Part shown: positions 58,529-58,844 of the stretch, one piece after another | Numbering within the stretch: the first letter of the stretch is position 1 | Layout: the number at the start of each line of letters is the position of its first letter | Assembly: GCA_046582655.1 (NCBI GenBank) | Contig: JAYGDX010000255.1 | Coordinates: forward strand, 1 to 58,844 | Reading direction: 5' to 3' | DNA: 58,844 nt | DNA from: Candidatus Poribacteria bacterium | GTDB lineage: Bacteria > Poribacteria > WGA-4E > UBA9662 | Notes under the pieces: generated by a model | Seen by the model: only the letters and a program-made list of their open reading frames with translations | Database searches by the model: none | What the model was told of the DNA's origin: nothing | Program-made: the position numbers and the translations under genes

Positions 58529-58843
58529 TTATGGTACTGTTGGAATTTGAATGGGTTTCCCTTCGATCGCGGACTGGTTGGCACATATTGATACAAGTGC
58601 TGACCTTAGTCCGTCGGCATAGGAAGACTTTACAATGGATTGGTCATTGGCCTGAATAGCTTTGATAAAAGCCCCATCTATCGAAACCGGTGGTGTGTCT
58701 GGGACATCAATTGTAATGACACCTTCTGGCACAATTGTAAAATCTCCCCAACCTAATTGAATTACTATATGATCCTCAAGAATCAAATCGGTTCGCATAC
58801 TACCTCCACCACGAACTAGCGCCGAAGTAGTAGTGATATAACC
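58529..58843 (-). CDS. C-terminal part of a Gfo/Idh/MocA-type oxidoreductase (5' truncated by window edge)
   Basis: Frame open to the window end; AFIKAIQ...SSYADGLRS...ANQSAIEGKPI is a typical Gfo/Idh/MocA C-terminus. Confidence 0.6.
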   Translation of the reverse strand, partial: GYITTTSALVRGGGSMRTDLILEDHIVIQLGWGDFTIVPEGVITIDVPDTPPVSIDGAFIKAIQANDQSIVKSSYADGLRSALVSICANQSAIEGKPIQIPTVP

Positions 58844-58844
58844 A

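Noticed and set aside
1..58844. Defence island, prophage, retron or biosynthetic megasynthase cluster
   Set aside because: No integrase, reverse transcriptase, nuclease, phage structural, NRPS or PKS motifs were recognised in any ORF.

Overview
A gene-dense bacterial chromosomal window with no rRNA, tRNA, CRISPR array, prophage or intact transposase that I could recognise. It most likely comes from Candidatus Poribacteria. That is an inference from secreted proteins ending in an AVxxxxKLxxTWxxxK tail, a non-Bacteroidota-looking protein with a YPNPFNP-type C-terminal domain, and several PhyH, Gfo/Idh/MocA, sulfatase and ceramidase-like genes. The left ~25 kb is mostly catabolic (PL10 pectate lyase, sulfatase, Fe/2OG oxygenases, hydrolases, oxidoreductases, fumC, copA). 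The right ~34 kb mixes housekeeping genes (era, argB, iscS, rluD, serA, pepP, hisA) with an envelope/secretion block: TPR/CsgG-like lipoprotein plus barrel, TPR protein, secreted metalloprotease, lipoprotein, MacA-like adaptor and an AMIN-AMIN-TolC fusion. Three pseudogenes (FAD oxidoreductase, class III aminotransferase, DUF2851-like) and an IS5-like transposase stub are visible. The most interesting candidates are: (1) a similar ~90-115 aa module apparently inserted inside two adjacent, unrelated exported proteins; (2) a 19-residue C-terminal tag shared by two unrelated secreted proteins; (3) a PhyH-type enzyme with a halogenase-like HxG iron motif next to a sulfatase; (4) the AMIN-TolC fusion; (5) a soluble diadenylate-cyclase-like protein with an acidic duplicated tail; (6) an ASRT-domain fusion with no rhodopsin nearby; (7) a compact structured non-coding element at ~35.2-35.4 kb. 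All family calls are from motif recognition by eye; no searches were run.
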